A DNA stretch of 32,000 bases from Desulfocapsa sulfexigens DSM 10523 (GCF_000341395.1 NC_020304.1:1350001-1382000); one strand, 5' to 3'; shown: positions 1 through 8,325, counted from the first letter of the stretch. Notes: generated by a model not told the origin, from the sequence alone. Numbers and translations: made by a program.

Positions 1-766
1 AAGAGAGTCTGACGTCAAAGGTAATACAGGGAACATTTCGTTCGACCATCGCCTTGACCAGTCGTTGGGCCGTCGGGATGTGATTGGTATGGGCCTCGAG
101 TACACCGGAGCCAAAGTTCAACACATAGTCGGTGTTATCAAAATCCCAGTTATCATAATGATTTCCCCAAGTCAATTCCTGGGCAACCCATTTGCCACCT
201 TCACAGATAGAAGTATGGCCGGAAATTGTTTTGCTTCCATAGGTTCCCATAAATACGGTTTTTGGCAAAGATGAGGAACTTCCCTTGGCTCGTCCGTAAT
301 GGTACATCAGCTTTTCCGGATGTCCGTCGTCTCTGAGTTTTTTCATACGAGCGGCAAGATCGGTCAAAGCTTCATCCCAGGAAATACGTTTATATTTTCC
401 ATCTCCACGTTTGCCTGCGCGTTTCAGGGGATAGAGAATTCTGTCCGGGAAATAGACCTGATTGACCCCAGCCTGACCCTTGGCGCAGATCTTTCCCAGG
501 CTACGGATAGAGTTCGGTTGGCCCTCGATCTTAACCACTCTGCCATCTTCGACAAAAGCGATCTTCGGATCACGTGTTACACAACTGTAACAGACAGTGG
601 GTACGGCTTTGCGTTCCTTGCCAGTGTCAGGGTTGAAATCTCTGCCTCCCATGGCAAGCTCGACCGAACCGGCCAGGGCATTGCCCACCATTCCTTTGCC
701 GGCGGTTAGTAAGGCACCGCTGGCCGCAGCCAGTTTTAAGACGTTGCGGCGGCTGATTTTTTTCAT
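1..766 (-). CDS. Molybdopterin (bis-MGD) oxidoreductase catalytic subunit, PsrA/PhsA/TtrA-like; N-terminal 255 codons only, gene runs off the window start
   Basis: Absent from the supplied ORF track because it has no stop in the window. Hand translation of the minus frame gives ATG at 766-764 preceded by GGAGGA (revcomp of 775-780). The product starts MKKISRRNVLKLAAASGALLTAG, a twin-arginine signal. It continues with a CYSC...GKICAKGQAG N-terminal Fe-S cluster region and GHTSICEGGKW, a Cys Mo-ligand context. I checked every codon down to nt 2 and found no stop. Confidence 0.85.
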   Translation of the reverse strand, partial: MKKISRRNVLKLAAASGALLTAGKGMVGNALAGSVELAMGGRDFNPDTGKERKAVPTVCYSCVTRDPKIAFVEDGRVVKIEGQPNSIRSLGKICAKGQAGVNQVYFPDRILYPLKRAGKRGDGKYKRISWDEALTDLAARMKKLRDDGHPEKLMYHYGRAKGSSSSLPKTVFMGTYGSKTISGHTSICEGGKWVAQELTWGNHYDNWDFDNTDYVLNFGSGVLEAHTNHIPTAQRLVKAMVERNVPCITFDVRLS

Positions 767-807
767 TGTTCTAGTCCTCCTGTATGTACAAAAGATTATG
801 AGTTGTA

Positions 808-1674
808 TTATTCAACGATGTCCCGATACTCTGTGAGTTTGTCTTTGTCTTCATAAGAGTAATCAGCCAGCACTTCATCGGGATCAATGTAGTAGATGTT
901 TGGCATGGTTTTGGCTTCAGGCTTCATTGTTGTTTTGTTACGATTTTCCAGAAGGTTGAACTCCTTGGCGAGTTTGGCTACATCACTGTTGGGATCGTTG
1001 AGATCACCAAAGATACGGGCACCAGGAGCACAGGTATTAACACACGCCGGAGTTATGCCTTCATCCAGGCGATGAACACAGGAGGAGCATTTTACGATGG
1101 CATTTTTACTCTTATCCTTCCCTGACAGCTTTCGTTTGTTGAACGTACGAGCACCATAAGGACAGGCATCGATACACTTCCCACAACCGGTACATGCGTC
1201 ATTATCGATAAGAATCAATCCATCTGGACGTTTATAGGTGGCACCACCGCGGTAGCGAATCTTTTTCCCTTCTGCTGTGACGAAGACACGGCGATCTTTT
1301 GGGTATTCGGGGCAGGCCTTGACACAGGGCGGTACGGTCATGTCTCCTACCTTCTCGGTTCCCTCGCAGTGATTGCAGCGACGGGGAATAAGGGTGCGCC
1401 TGGTATCAGGATACTTACCTGTAACTACCTGTTTAATTACGGTTTTAAAAGCTCCGAGTGGTACGTCATACTCTGCTTTGCAGGCCACTGTGCAGGCCCG
1501 ACAGCCGGTGCAGCGGCGCAAATCCATTATCATCACCCACTGCGGTGTTTTGACTTCGGCGGCTTCTGCTTCTTTTGGTTGCAGCAGGCTTACTGATGCG
1601 AGTCCGGCCGCAGCCAAAGATACTCCGGTGACCCGAAGCATTTCCCTGCGATCATCTCTTGTGTTAGTGGTCAT
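808..1674 (-). CDS. 4Fe-4S ferredoxin-type electron-transfer subunit (PsrB/PhsB/DmsB-like) with Tat signal
   Basis: 288-aa ORF. N-terminal RREMLRVTGVSLAAAGLAS resembles a Tat leader. It carries multiple Cys clusters (CTGCRACTVACK, CNHC, CTGCGKCIDACP, CSSCVHRL...C..C). It lies directly upstream of the Mo subunit on the same strand. Confidence 0.9.
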   Translation of the reverse strand: MTTNTRDDRREMLRVTGVSLAAAGLASVSLLQPKEAEAAEVKTPQWVMIMDLRRCTGCRACTVACKAEYDVPLGAFKTVIKQVVTGKYPDTRRTLIPRRCNHCEGTEKVGDMTVPPCVKACPEYPKDRRVFVTAEGKKIRYRGGATYKRPDGLILIDNDACTGCGKCIDACPYGARTFNKRKLSGKDKSKNAIVKCSSCVHRLDEGITPACVNTCAPGARIFGDLNDPNSDVAKLAKEFNLLENRNKTTMKPEAKTMPNIYYIDPDEVLADYSYEDKDKLTEYRDIVE

Positions 1675-1817
1675 GACCTCCTCCTCGATTCTCTGTTTCT
1701 GTTATGGCTTGTATGATGCAAGCCCGTTTGTATGTCCCTGATATTTCAGGTGCTACATTCTACAATTGAAAGTTTTTTCTTTTCTGACTGCCTACAAAGC
1801 CCAGCCATTTTTATTCG

Positions 1818-3218
1818 TCATTCCTGCTTTTCTGCTTCAGCCTCTTCGGCAAGAGGTTCCAGTTCATCAAGAACGGTGTAGACACTATTGAGTCCCTCAT
1901 CAATCAACATGATTGAATACTTCTTGTTATGAACGCCGTTACCAAATTCCACGAGATCCAATGCCTTTTGTCCCGTTGCAAGAGTCTTTATGAACTCGGC
2001 TATCTGCTCCTCACTGAGCTGATCTTTGAGCTTGACGATCAGGCCTTCAGCACGTGCTTTTTCTTCTTTGGCAAAGCTTACCTCGGTCTGAACTTCTTTG
2101 ATCCAGTCGGCCAACAATTTTTCATGATCCTTGGTGTGACAATCCACACAGGATTTAGCTGAACCACGGAGGATCTTTTCACCCTTATGTATTTCAGGTT
2201 TGTCATGGCAACCCTGACAGTTAGTCTTAACCGGATTCATCAAGCTTGGTGTTTCTGGAACTCCGCCATATGCTGCACCAAGGAGGAGGGCCTTCTGGAG
2301 ACTATGATGGTCTGGATGACAGCTGGCACAATTGATACGGGCGGCTTCAATGAAATCACCTTCCTTATGGATAAGGGGCTGGTGGCAGTCAGCACACTGG
2401 GCCTTCTGTTTGGCCACATGCTCCGTATGCATGAGTTTCATCTCATATCTTTTTTCGAGCACCATCTTGTCGCTGTGGCACTTCTCGCAGGATCCGGGAA
2501 TGAGATCCGTTTCACCGGTGATTACCTGGTAGTGACAGGACTCACAGGAAACACCAGCCTTCTCAAGACTCTGATGAGTAATTACTGCCTGGTCAGGATC
2601 GAGTGGTGCATCTTTTTTCTGTGATTGCAGAGGAGTGGTTGGGATTTCGTGGCAAAGATTGCAGGCAGCGCGACCTTTATTGAATTCCGTATTTCTGAAA
2701 TGACAGACGTAGCATTGCTCTTTGGGAACTTCGAAATGCTTCTCATCACTGGCCTTGATATGGCAGGTTGTGCAGTGCATCTCCTGGCCGGGGATGGTCT
2801 TCTCATAATGGGCCTTATGGGTAAACTTGACTTTTTTCTCCTTTCCATAGGTCAGCTGCTTATCCATAAATTTTTCAGATGGATGACACTGGGCCGTTGA
2901 ACAGGAAATATCTGCAATATGAGTAGCCCTGCGAACTTCTTTGTCATCGGTGGAGAGATAGGTGAAGAGTTGCCCAAGGCCTTTGAACTTGGCATGGAGG
3001 GTCATCTTTTCTCCGGGTGCATAATGGCAGACGACACAGGAAATTTCTTCTTTACCAGCCTTGCCATGTTTATCTGCCTGCCAGCTCTTGTAAGGTTTAT
3101 CCATGATATGGCAGCTGGTTCCACAGAATTGCGGTCGCGCCGTATAGGATTCAACGGAAAAGACCATAGCAGCGCTTATGGCAGCAATTACAACAATGAT
3201 CAGTACTATTTTCTTCAT
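1818..3218 (-). CDS. Membrane-anchored multihaem cytochrome c (11 CxxCH plus one Cx4CH site), NapC/NirT/NrfH-like N-terminus
   Basis: The track ORF is 1818..3263. I prefer the ATG at 3218 (MKKIVLIIVVIAAISAAMVF, a TM anchor), which is preceded by GGGGAGA. Haem motifs are CGTSCH, CVVCH, CSTAQCH, CTTCH, CYVCH, CNLCH, CESCH, CEKCH, CADCH, CASCH, CQGCH and CVDCH. The C-terminal ~100 aa are haem-free with an acidic tail. Confidence 0.9.
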   Translation of the reverse strand: MKKIVLIIVVIAAISAAMVFSVESYTARPQFCGTSCHIMDKPYKSWQADKHGKAGKEEISCVVCHYAPGEKMTLHAKFKGLGQLFTYLSTDDKEVRRATHIADISCSTAQCHPSEKFMDKQLTYGKEKKVKFTHKAHYEKTIPGQEMHCTTCHIKASDEKHFEVPKEQCYVCHFRNTEFNKGRAACNLCHEIPTTPLQSQKKDAPLDPDQAVITHQSLEKAGVSCESCHYQVITGETDLIPGSCEKCHSDKMVLEKRYEMKLMHTEHVAKQKAQCADCHQPLIHKEGDFIEAARINCASCHPDHHSLQKALLLGAAYGGVPETPSLMNPVKTNCQGCHDKPEIHKGEKILRGSAKSCVDCHTKDHEKLLADWIKEVQTEVSFAKEEKARAEGLIVKLKDQLSEEQIAEFIKTLATGQKALDLVEFGNGVHNKKYSIMLIDEGLNSVYTVLDELEPLAEEAEAEKQE

Positions 3219-3269
3219 GCAGATATTCTCCCCTTGTATACAAAATGATACTATGAACCTCACATCTAA

Positions 3270-3285
3270 TGCACAAAGGGTGCCA
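3270..3285 (-). promoter_or_regulatory. Sigma-54 (-24/-12) promoter for the cytochrome / Fe-S / Mo-enzyme operon
   Basis: The minus strand reads TGGCACCCTTTGTGCA, with GG-N10-GC spacing and a match to TGGCAC-N5-TTGCA at all key positions. It sits about 52 nt upstream of the ATG at 3218 and immediately downstream of a sigma-54-dependent activator gene. Confidence 0.6.
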
Positions 3286-3336
3286 AGAAAAAGGGGTTGG
3301 AATTACAGGGAAAAACGAATTGTACGGAGGGGGATT

Positions 3337-3374
3337 GCTTAAAGAATAGACAGGCTGCTGTCTATTCTTTAAGC
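3337..3374 (-). terminator. Perfect 17-bp stem / 4-nt loop hairpin overlapping the response-regulator stop codon (terminator/insulator, or activator binding site)
   Basis: GCTTAAAGAATAGACAG-GCTG... pairs perfectly over 17 bp; I paired it by hand. It lies between the regulator stop (3369-3371) and the sigma-54 promoter. No clear U-tract follows on the minus strand, so the function is ambiguous. Confidence 0.4.
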
Positions 3375-4751
3375 AGAAGGAAGTTTTTTTCTCAAGGTCA
3401 TCCGATTGATGCCAAGGAGATTGGCGGCCTGAACTTGATTACCGTCACAGAGATCAAGGGCCTTTTTAATCAGGATCTGTTCGACTTCGGATAAGAGGTG
3501 GCGATAGGGACGTGATTCGTCACCCTTGATCAGTTTGTCGATCTGGCTGGATACAACCTGCTCAAAATCACCTGCAGTCTCAGTAGGGTTCTGAAGAACA
3601 CAATCCTCTGCCGTAAGAACCCTGGCCTTTGCTAAAACAATGGCTCTGCGAATGGTGTTTTCCAGTTCACGAATATTGCCGGGCCAGGAGTGGTGAGAGA
3701 GTTTCGCAAGGGCTTTATCACTGATCCCTTCCACTGCTGGAGATACCTGACGACCGTAACGGGAGAGAAAGTAGAGGATCAAATCCGGCAGGTCTCTTAT
3801 CCTCTGCCTCAGTGGTGGTATGGTGATGGTCAGGACGTTAATTCGGTGTAACAGGTCAAGGCGGAACAAACCATTCTCTGCCATTTTCTCAAGATTTCTG
3901 TTACTGGCAGCGATAAGTCGCACATCGGTTGTTAATTGTTTGTTGCTGCCCAATCGTTCAAAAGTTCCATCCTGGAGAACCCGTAGAACTTTAGCCTGAG
4001 ATCCAAGTGGTAGTTCCCCGATTTCATCAAGAAAGAGAGTTCCCTGATGACACTGTTCAAAGCGACCGATCCGCTGTTTGCTGGCACCGGTAAAAGCACC
4101 TGTTTCATAGCCGAAGAGTTCACTTTCCACCAGTTCATCGGGCAGGGAGGCGCAGTTTACCACCATAAACGGGCCATCTTTACGAGAACTGTGTTGGAGA
4201 ACGGCCCGGGCAGTCAGCTCTTTCCCCACTCCGGTTTCCCCGGTAATAAGAACCGGCAGATCAGATCCAGCCATCTGGCCAATCTTTTTGCACATGTCCA
4301 AAACCTCAGGGCTGGAACCGACAATGCATTCCTGAGAGGTTCTCATGTCCTCCCACTCTTTACCACAGCCACAATGCAGTTCCGCTTGGATTCTGCAGGA
4401 TATCAGGGCTGTGTCGATCACCTGACGCATCTCATCATTATCGAAAGGCTTGGTAACATAGTCAAAGGCACCGTCTTTCATTGCCTGCATAGCGGAAGCG
4501 GAGTCGGCAAAGGCGGTCACCATGATAATTGGAAGATGGGGGTGCAGTTTTTTGATAATCGTAAGTGCTTTCAGCCCATCCATACCCGGCATGCGGATGT
4601 CCATGAGCACCACATCCGGCATCTCTCTGTCCACCGCTTCAATAGCCTCTTTACCGTTTTCAGCGGTACGAATGGTATATTCGTCACTAAAGGTCCGTTT
4701 AAAGGCGTAACGGACTGCTTTTTCATCATCAACAATGAGCAGAGTTGTCAT
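3369..4751 (-). CDS. Sigma-54-dependent two-component response regulator (NtrC family enhancer-binding protein)
   Basis: 460 aa. It has a receiver domain (VVLMDIRMPGMDG). Its AAA+ domain carries GETGVGKE, the GAFTGA loop (ESELFGYETGAFTGA) and an RxxxR region. The C-terminal Fis-type HTH reads NQVQAANLLGINRMTLRKKL. Confidence 0.95.
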   Translation of the reverse strand: MTTLLIVDDEKAVRYAFKRTFSDEYTIRTAENGKEAIEAVDREMPDVVLMDIRMPGMDGLKALTIIKKLHPHLPIIMVTAFADSASAMQAMKDGAFDYVTKPFDNDEMRQVIDTALISCRIQAELHCGCGKEWEDMRTSQECIVGSSPEVLDMCKKIGQMAGSDLPVLITGETGVGKELTARAVLQHSSRKDGPFMVVNCASLPDELVESELFGYETGAFTGASKQRIGRFEQCHQGTLFLDEIGELPLGSQAKVLRVLQDGTFERLGSNKQLTTDVRLIAASNRNLEKMAENGLFRLDLLHRINVLTITIPPLRQRIRDLPDLILYFLSRYGRQVSPAVEGISDKALAKLSHHSWPGNIRELENTIRRAIVLAKARVLTAEDCVLQNPTETAGDFEQVVSSQIDKLIKGDESRPYRHLLSEVEQILIKKALDLCDGNQVQAANLLGINRMTLRKKLPSA

Positions 4752-6168
4752 AGGGCAAGATTAGTAAGAGTGAGGTCCCTTCGCGTTCACGAGAGATGAT
4801 GTCAAGACGGCCACCATGCTGCTGGGCAATATTCCAGGCTACAGCCAGACCCATGCCGGTACCGTCCTCCTTGGTGGTAAAGAAGGGATCAAAGATATGT
4901 TTGAGATTTTCTTCTGATATCCCATCACCTGTATCAGTAATTGTGCAGTTCAGAGCGCCATCGATGAGAGAGGTGCTTATTGTCAGTTTTCCCCCGGATG
5001 GCATTGCCTGCAAGGCATTCAAGATTCCATTCATCAGGATCTGCTTGATACTTGGCCCGTCTACTTGTATTGGCTCGAGTGTATCTTCCAGTATTTTTTC
5101 AATATGAACCCCAGATTTTTCTATTTTTGGCCCGGTGATGGCCAGTACATCTTCAACCAGACCATTTATATCAGTATCAGCAAAGGCCATTTCAGACCGC
5201 CGGGCAGAACGAAGAAAACGACTGACAGTAGAATCAATCCTGTCCAGTTCCTCTACTATAACCTCAAGATCTTCCCCTTGTAGTGGCTCTTCCTGTTCTT
5301 CGGCTCTTTGGATCAACATCTTAATTGAGGTCAGGGGATTTTTGATCTCATGGGCGAGACCTGTGGAAAATTCTCCAAGGGCGTAAAGTTTTTCAGTACG
5401 AACCAGATTTTCCTGAGCTGACCTGATTGCAGTTACCAGCTCTTTGAGTTGGCGGGACATGGTATTAAACGTGGTCGCCAGTTCGCCTATTTCTCCGACG
5501 CCTTTTTCAGGAATTGCCGTACCAAAATCACCTTCACCAACTTTATGAGCGGCACGATTAAGGAGCAGTATGGGAGAGATTAACTGTCTTGCCATCCATA
5601 GTGCAGCCAGAATGCCTATAACCAAAATGATACCAGTAATTGCCCATACTTTTTGTCTGGAAGTCTGCAAGGTATTGAAGAGTGGTTGTACAGAGATACC
5701 CAGACGAAGATATCCCGCAACACCAAGTTGTCTGGAACTAATGGGAATAAGAAGATCCAGGGGTTTTTTTCTGTCTGCCTCCGTAACGTCCCGGAGGAAA
5801 ACTGCACGTTCCATGGCGGGATCAAAAAAAGCTATGGGAGGGCGTACGATGGGTTCCCGCTCTCGCGCAAGAATAAGTTCTCCCTGATCATTATAAATCT
5901 CACCATAGACAAGAAAACGCTCCTTTGATTCCAGGTAGGATTGGAGGTGACTATAGAGTGTATAGTCCTCATCATAGAGCAGTGGCTCAAGAAGCTGCTG
6001 AGGCATGATTTCACCCAGCTGTAAGGCTCGAATACGAAGATCTTCCTGTAAAATACGTTTTTCATCACGCAGGACAAGGCTTGCAACGGACAAAGCTGTC
6101 ACCACAACAACGGTCACTATCGATACGGAGAGACGTACCGCAATGCGATTATACCAATGCAATACCAT
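4729..6168 (-). CDS. Sensor histidine kinase (2 TM, periplasmic loop, HAMP, HisKA, HATPase_c)
   Basis: 479 aa. H-box GLAHEIKNPLTSI; N/G boxes (NALQAM, DTGDGI, GTGMGLAV). It overlaps the regulator start by 23 nt, consistent with an operon. Confidence 0.9.
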   Translation of the reverse strand: MVLHWYNRIAVRLSVSIVTVVVVTALSVASLVLRDEKRILQEDLRIRALQLGEIMPQQLLEPLLYDEDYTLYSHLQSYLESKERFLVYGEIYNDQGELILAREREPIVRPPIAFFDPAMERAVFLRDVTEADRKKPLDLLIPISSRQLGVAGYLRLGISVQPLFNTLQTSRQKVWAITGIILVIGILAALWMARQLISPILLLNRAAHKVGEGDFGTAIPEKGVGEIGELATTFNTMSRQLKELVTAIRSAQENLVRTEKLYALGEFSTGLAHEIKNPLTSIKMLIQRAEEQEEPLQGEDLEVIVEELDRIDSTVSRFLRSARRSEMAFADTDINGLVEDVLAITGPKIEKSGVHIEKILEDTLEPIQVDGPSIKQILMNGILNALQAMPSGGKLTISTSLIDGALNCTITDTGDGISEENLKHIFDPFFTTKEDGTGMGLAVAWNIAQQHGGRLDIISREREGTSLLLILPYDNSAHC

Positions 6169-6200
6169 AGTTCTACCTGCTTCCCCTCATTATAAAGCCC

Positions 6201-7076
6201 CTATTCTTTCAGCTGTTTCTGCAGCAAAAGTGCAGAACGGTACAGCCCGGGTGTTGCGATGGCAAAGCCATCCATTTCAAGGTGTTGTAGCACAATCTTA
6301 CCTCGGGGATCAGTAGCCATGCCAAGCAGTATTTTCAGCAGAGTTCGTTTGGTCTCCTTGTCAAGAGTTGGAGTTACGACCACGGGAGGCATACCAAATT
6401 CCTCGGATTTGTGAATAACACGAACTTCTTTAGCAAAAGAATGCGGCAATTTATAGAGCGAATCAAAAATAAGACTGTCCACAGCCGCACCATTCGCAAT
6501 CCCTGTTGCAACAGCCTCAATGGATTTGTCATGACTTTCTGTATAAAATGTTTTTTTAAAGAATTGTTTTGTCATATGTCCAAGACTGTTCAGTGTTGCC
6601 ACAGGGTAGATACGCCCACTGAACGATAAGGGATCAGTGAAAGCAAAAATCTGGCCCTGAAGCTCTTCAAGTGTGCTTGCCGGGTTGTCTTTGGCGGTAA
6701 TGATATATGACTGATAGGCGGTTTTTCCGTTGACGACTGGTACTGCCAGGACTTCCAGACCAAAGGACTTTCGGCCGGCAAGATATCCACCTGTGCAGGT
6801 AAATGCCATCTGCACGCTTGCATCATAAAGCAGCGTGTTGATTTCTTGGTAGGTACGGCGCTGTTTCAGGTGGACGTGGATTCCCAGTTTTTCTTCCAGG
6901 TACTGGCGAAACTCGGCAAAGTGGATCAGGGTTTGGGCCGGAGAAGCCATTGCTGAAACGGCAAAGAAGAAATGATCAGCGTGCTCATCTCCTTCTGGCT
7001 GAGCTGACGCCTGGCCAGGAAACAGCATGAAGAGCAATAAACCAACAATAAGAGAACTGTATTTAATTTTCAGCAT
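6201..7076 (-). CDS. PhnD/SsuA-like periplasmic substrate-binding protein (phosphonate-ABC-type SBP fold), likely co-sensor of the adjacent kinase
   Basis: 291 aa with a signal peptide (LLLFMLFPGQASA). The pattern resembles PhnD-family SBPs (FAVSAM...Y..L...LG, GG.LAG). No ABC permease or ATPase gene is nearby; it sits directly upstream of the HK-RR pair. Confidence 0.75.
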   Translation of the reverse strand: MLKIKYSSLIVGLLLFMLFPGQASAQPEGDEHADHFFFAVSAMASPAQTLIHFAEFRQYLEEKLGIHVHLKQRRTYQEINTLLYDASVQMAFTCTGGYLAGRKSFGLEVLAVPVVNGKTAYQSYIITAKDNPASTLEELQGQIFAFTDPLSFSGRIYPVATLNSLGHMTKQFFKKTFYTESHDKSIEAVATGIANGAAVDSLIFDSLYKLPHSFAKEVRVIHKSEEFGMPPVVVTPTLDKETKRTLLKILLGMATDPRGKIVLQHLEMDGFAIATPGLYRSALLLQKQLKE

Positions 7077-7317
7077 AGAAAGACACCATTGGGCATTTCA
7101 GCCCTTTGCAAGAAAAAGAATCTGAAACTGAATTCTATGAGAAATTTCGAGACAAGTATACAAATAATAACTAGGTGTCACTGTTGTCTCTCAAATTCTA
7201 CTGGTACCAAAATACATTACCCAGTCAGATAATTCTTGGCTACGCTGACATGTTTGCGGCCATAATTCATTAGACCCTCCACTCCTGATAATGGCTTCAG
7301 TGGCAATAATTTAAGTC

Positions 7318-7355
7318 AAAAAAAAAACGGGTAATTGCACTGATACAATTACCCG
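7318..7355 (-). terminator. Rho-independent terminator downstream of the hsp20 pair
   Basis: CGGGTAATTG (7328-7337) pairs with CAATTACCCG (7346-7355) across an 8-nt loop. On the minus strand the hairpin is followed by a run of 10 T (revcomp of A-run 7318-7327). Confidence 0.7.
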
Positions 7356-7414
7356 ATTTTGCTTTACCTCGTATTTTCTAGAGGTTTCTGGCAAAGCTCT
7401 GTTGTCCGTATTCG

Positions 7415-7801
7415 TTATGCTGATCGTATTTCAATAGTTCTGGGCATAGCAGCCTCGGCCTTTGGTAAATGAAGTTTAAGGGTTCCGTCTTTGAGTTCAG
7501 CATTTACTTTTGCAACATCGATTGTTTGAGGTACCGAAAACACTCGTTTGTATTCAACATCATAAAACTCTTGCCAGGTTTCGACTCCCTTCCTTTGCAG
7601 GTTTCTGACACCTGAAATTTCCAGTTTTCCATTATCTACATTTACTGAAATTTTATCTTTCGTTACACCTGGCATATCAGCATGGAGCAATATCTCTTCA
7701 TCATTTTCATATATATCCACTACAGGGGCAATAGTCGCCAGATCTTGCTGTTTTTCGACCATATTCTCTGTTCTTTTTGTGATTTCCATGTTTTTATTCA
7801 T
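7415..7801 (-). CDS. Small heat-shock protein, Hsp20/alpha-crystallin family
   Basis: 128 aa. The alpha-crystallin domain pattern is present (DIYENDEEILLHADMPGV.KD.I.V.V..G.L.ISG ... F.R.F.VP..ID...V.A.LKDGTLKL.LPK). GGAGG RBS. Confidence 0.9.
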   Translation of the reverse strand: MNKNMEITKRTENMVEKQQDLATIAPVVDIYENDEEILLHADMPGVTKDKISVNVDNGKLEISGVRNLQRKGVETWQEFYDVEYKRVFSVPQTIDVAKVNAELKDGTLKLHLPKAEAAMPRTIEIRSA

Positions 7802-7844
7802 TATTTTACCTCCAATAACTCATGATATAGATAAAATGAACTCC

Positions 7845-8273
7845 TTAGTTGATAGTAATCTGTTTGGGTTTAGCAGATTCTGCTTTAGGAAGTACCAGCG
7901 TTAACAGACCATCTTTCAAGACTGCGTCAATCTTATCAGCGTCAACGTCAGCGGCAAGAGTAAAACTACGCGTAAATGTAGATAAATTACGCTCGACTCT
8001 ATGAGTTTTATATCCTTCAGGGGCATCGGATTTTCGGGTGCCGCTTATTTCGAGGTAGTTACCTTGGATCCTGATATTTAGATCTTCTTTATTGACCCCA
8101 GGAACCTCTGCAATCATCTGAAATGAATCCCCATTGTCATACATGTTCGTTTTAGGGAAGCCGCCTGCAACCCTCCAGCCTGAACTTTCACCATAGGACC
8201 GGTCAGAGTTAATTGAACGAAGCAGATCCATAGCGGAAAACATACGATCAATATCATTCATTCTTGTCCACAT
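7845..8273 (-). CDS. Small heat-shock protein, Hsp20/alpha-crystallin family (second, tandem copy)
   Basis: 142 aa: ...FQMIAEVPGVNKEDLNIRIQGNYLEISGTRK ... F.RSFTL...VD.DKI.A.LKDGLLTLVLPK. GGAGG RBS 7 nt upstream of the ATG. Confidence 0.9.
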   Translation of the reverse strand: MWTRMNDIDRMFSAMDLLRSINSDRSYGESSGWRVAGGFPKTNMYDNGDSFQMIAEVPGVNKEDLNIRIQGNYLEISGTRKSDAPEGYKTHRVERNLSTFTRSFTLAADVDADKIDAVLKDGLLTLVLPKAESAKPKQITIN

Positions 8274-8307
8274 AACTGTACCTCCTTTTTCAGTTGCTCT
8301 TTTTTGC

Positions 8308-8325
8308 CGCTGCTTCTAAGCAGCG
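8308..8325. promoter_or_regulatory. 18-bp near-perfect palindrome CGCTGCTT-CT-AAGCAGCG in the hsp20 leader/promoter region
   Basis: 8+8 complementary bases with a 2-nt centre, 35-52 nt upstream of the hsp20 ATG (8273). It does not match the CIRCE consensus. The function is not established. Confidence 0.3.

Noticed and set aside
299-709. Plus-strand ORFs 65..274, 299..709 and 597..836 at the window start
   Set aside because: They lie antisense to a clearly recognisable Tat-signal molybdopterin oxidoreductase frame that is open over the whole 1-766 interval. They are shadow ORFs with low-complexity, unrecognisable products.
3219-3263. Longer N-terminal extensions offered by the ORF track: MRFIVSF... 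for the cytochrome, MRTHTQNNFQQ... for JetB (to 26332) and MSFFNISLFF... for the HTH protein (to 29963)
   Set aside because: Internal ATGs give a proper RBS or signal anchor (3218). They also give a classic ATGA stop-start overlap (26299) and a start directly at the wHTH (29903). The extensions add hydrophobic or odd residues with no support.
4047-4799. 250-aa plus-strand ORF, plus similar long antisense ORFs (e.g. 2187..2624, 5570..5887, 23437..23727, 25562..25978, 26876..27178)
   Set aside because: Each is entirely nested antisense within a gene that has strong family motifs (NtrC regulator, cytochrome, HK, JetC/JetB/JetA). None has an RBS or a recognisable domain.
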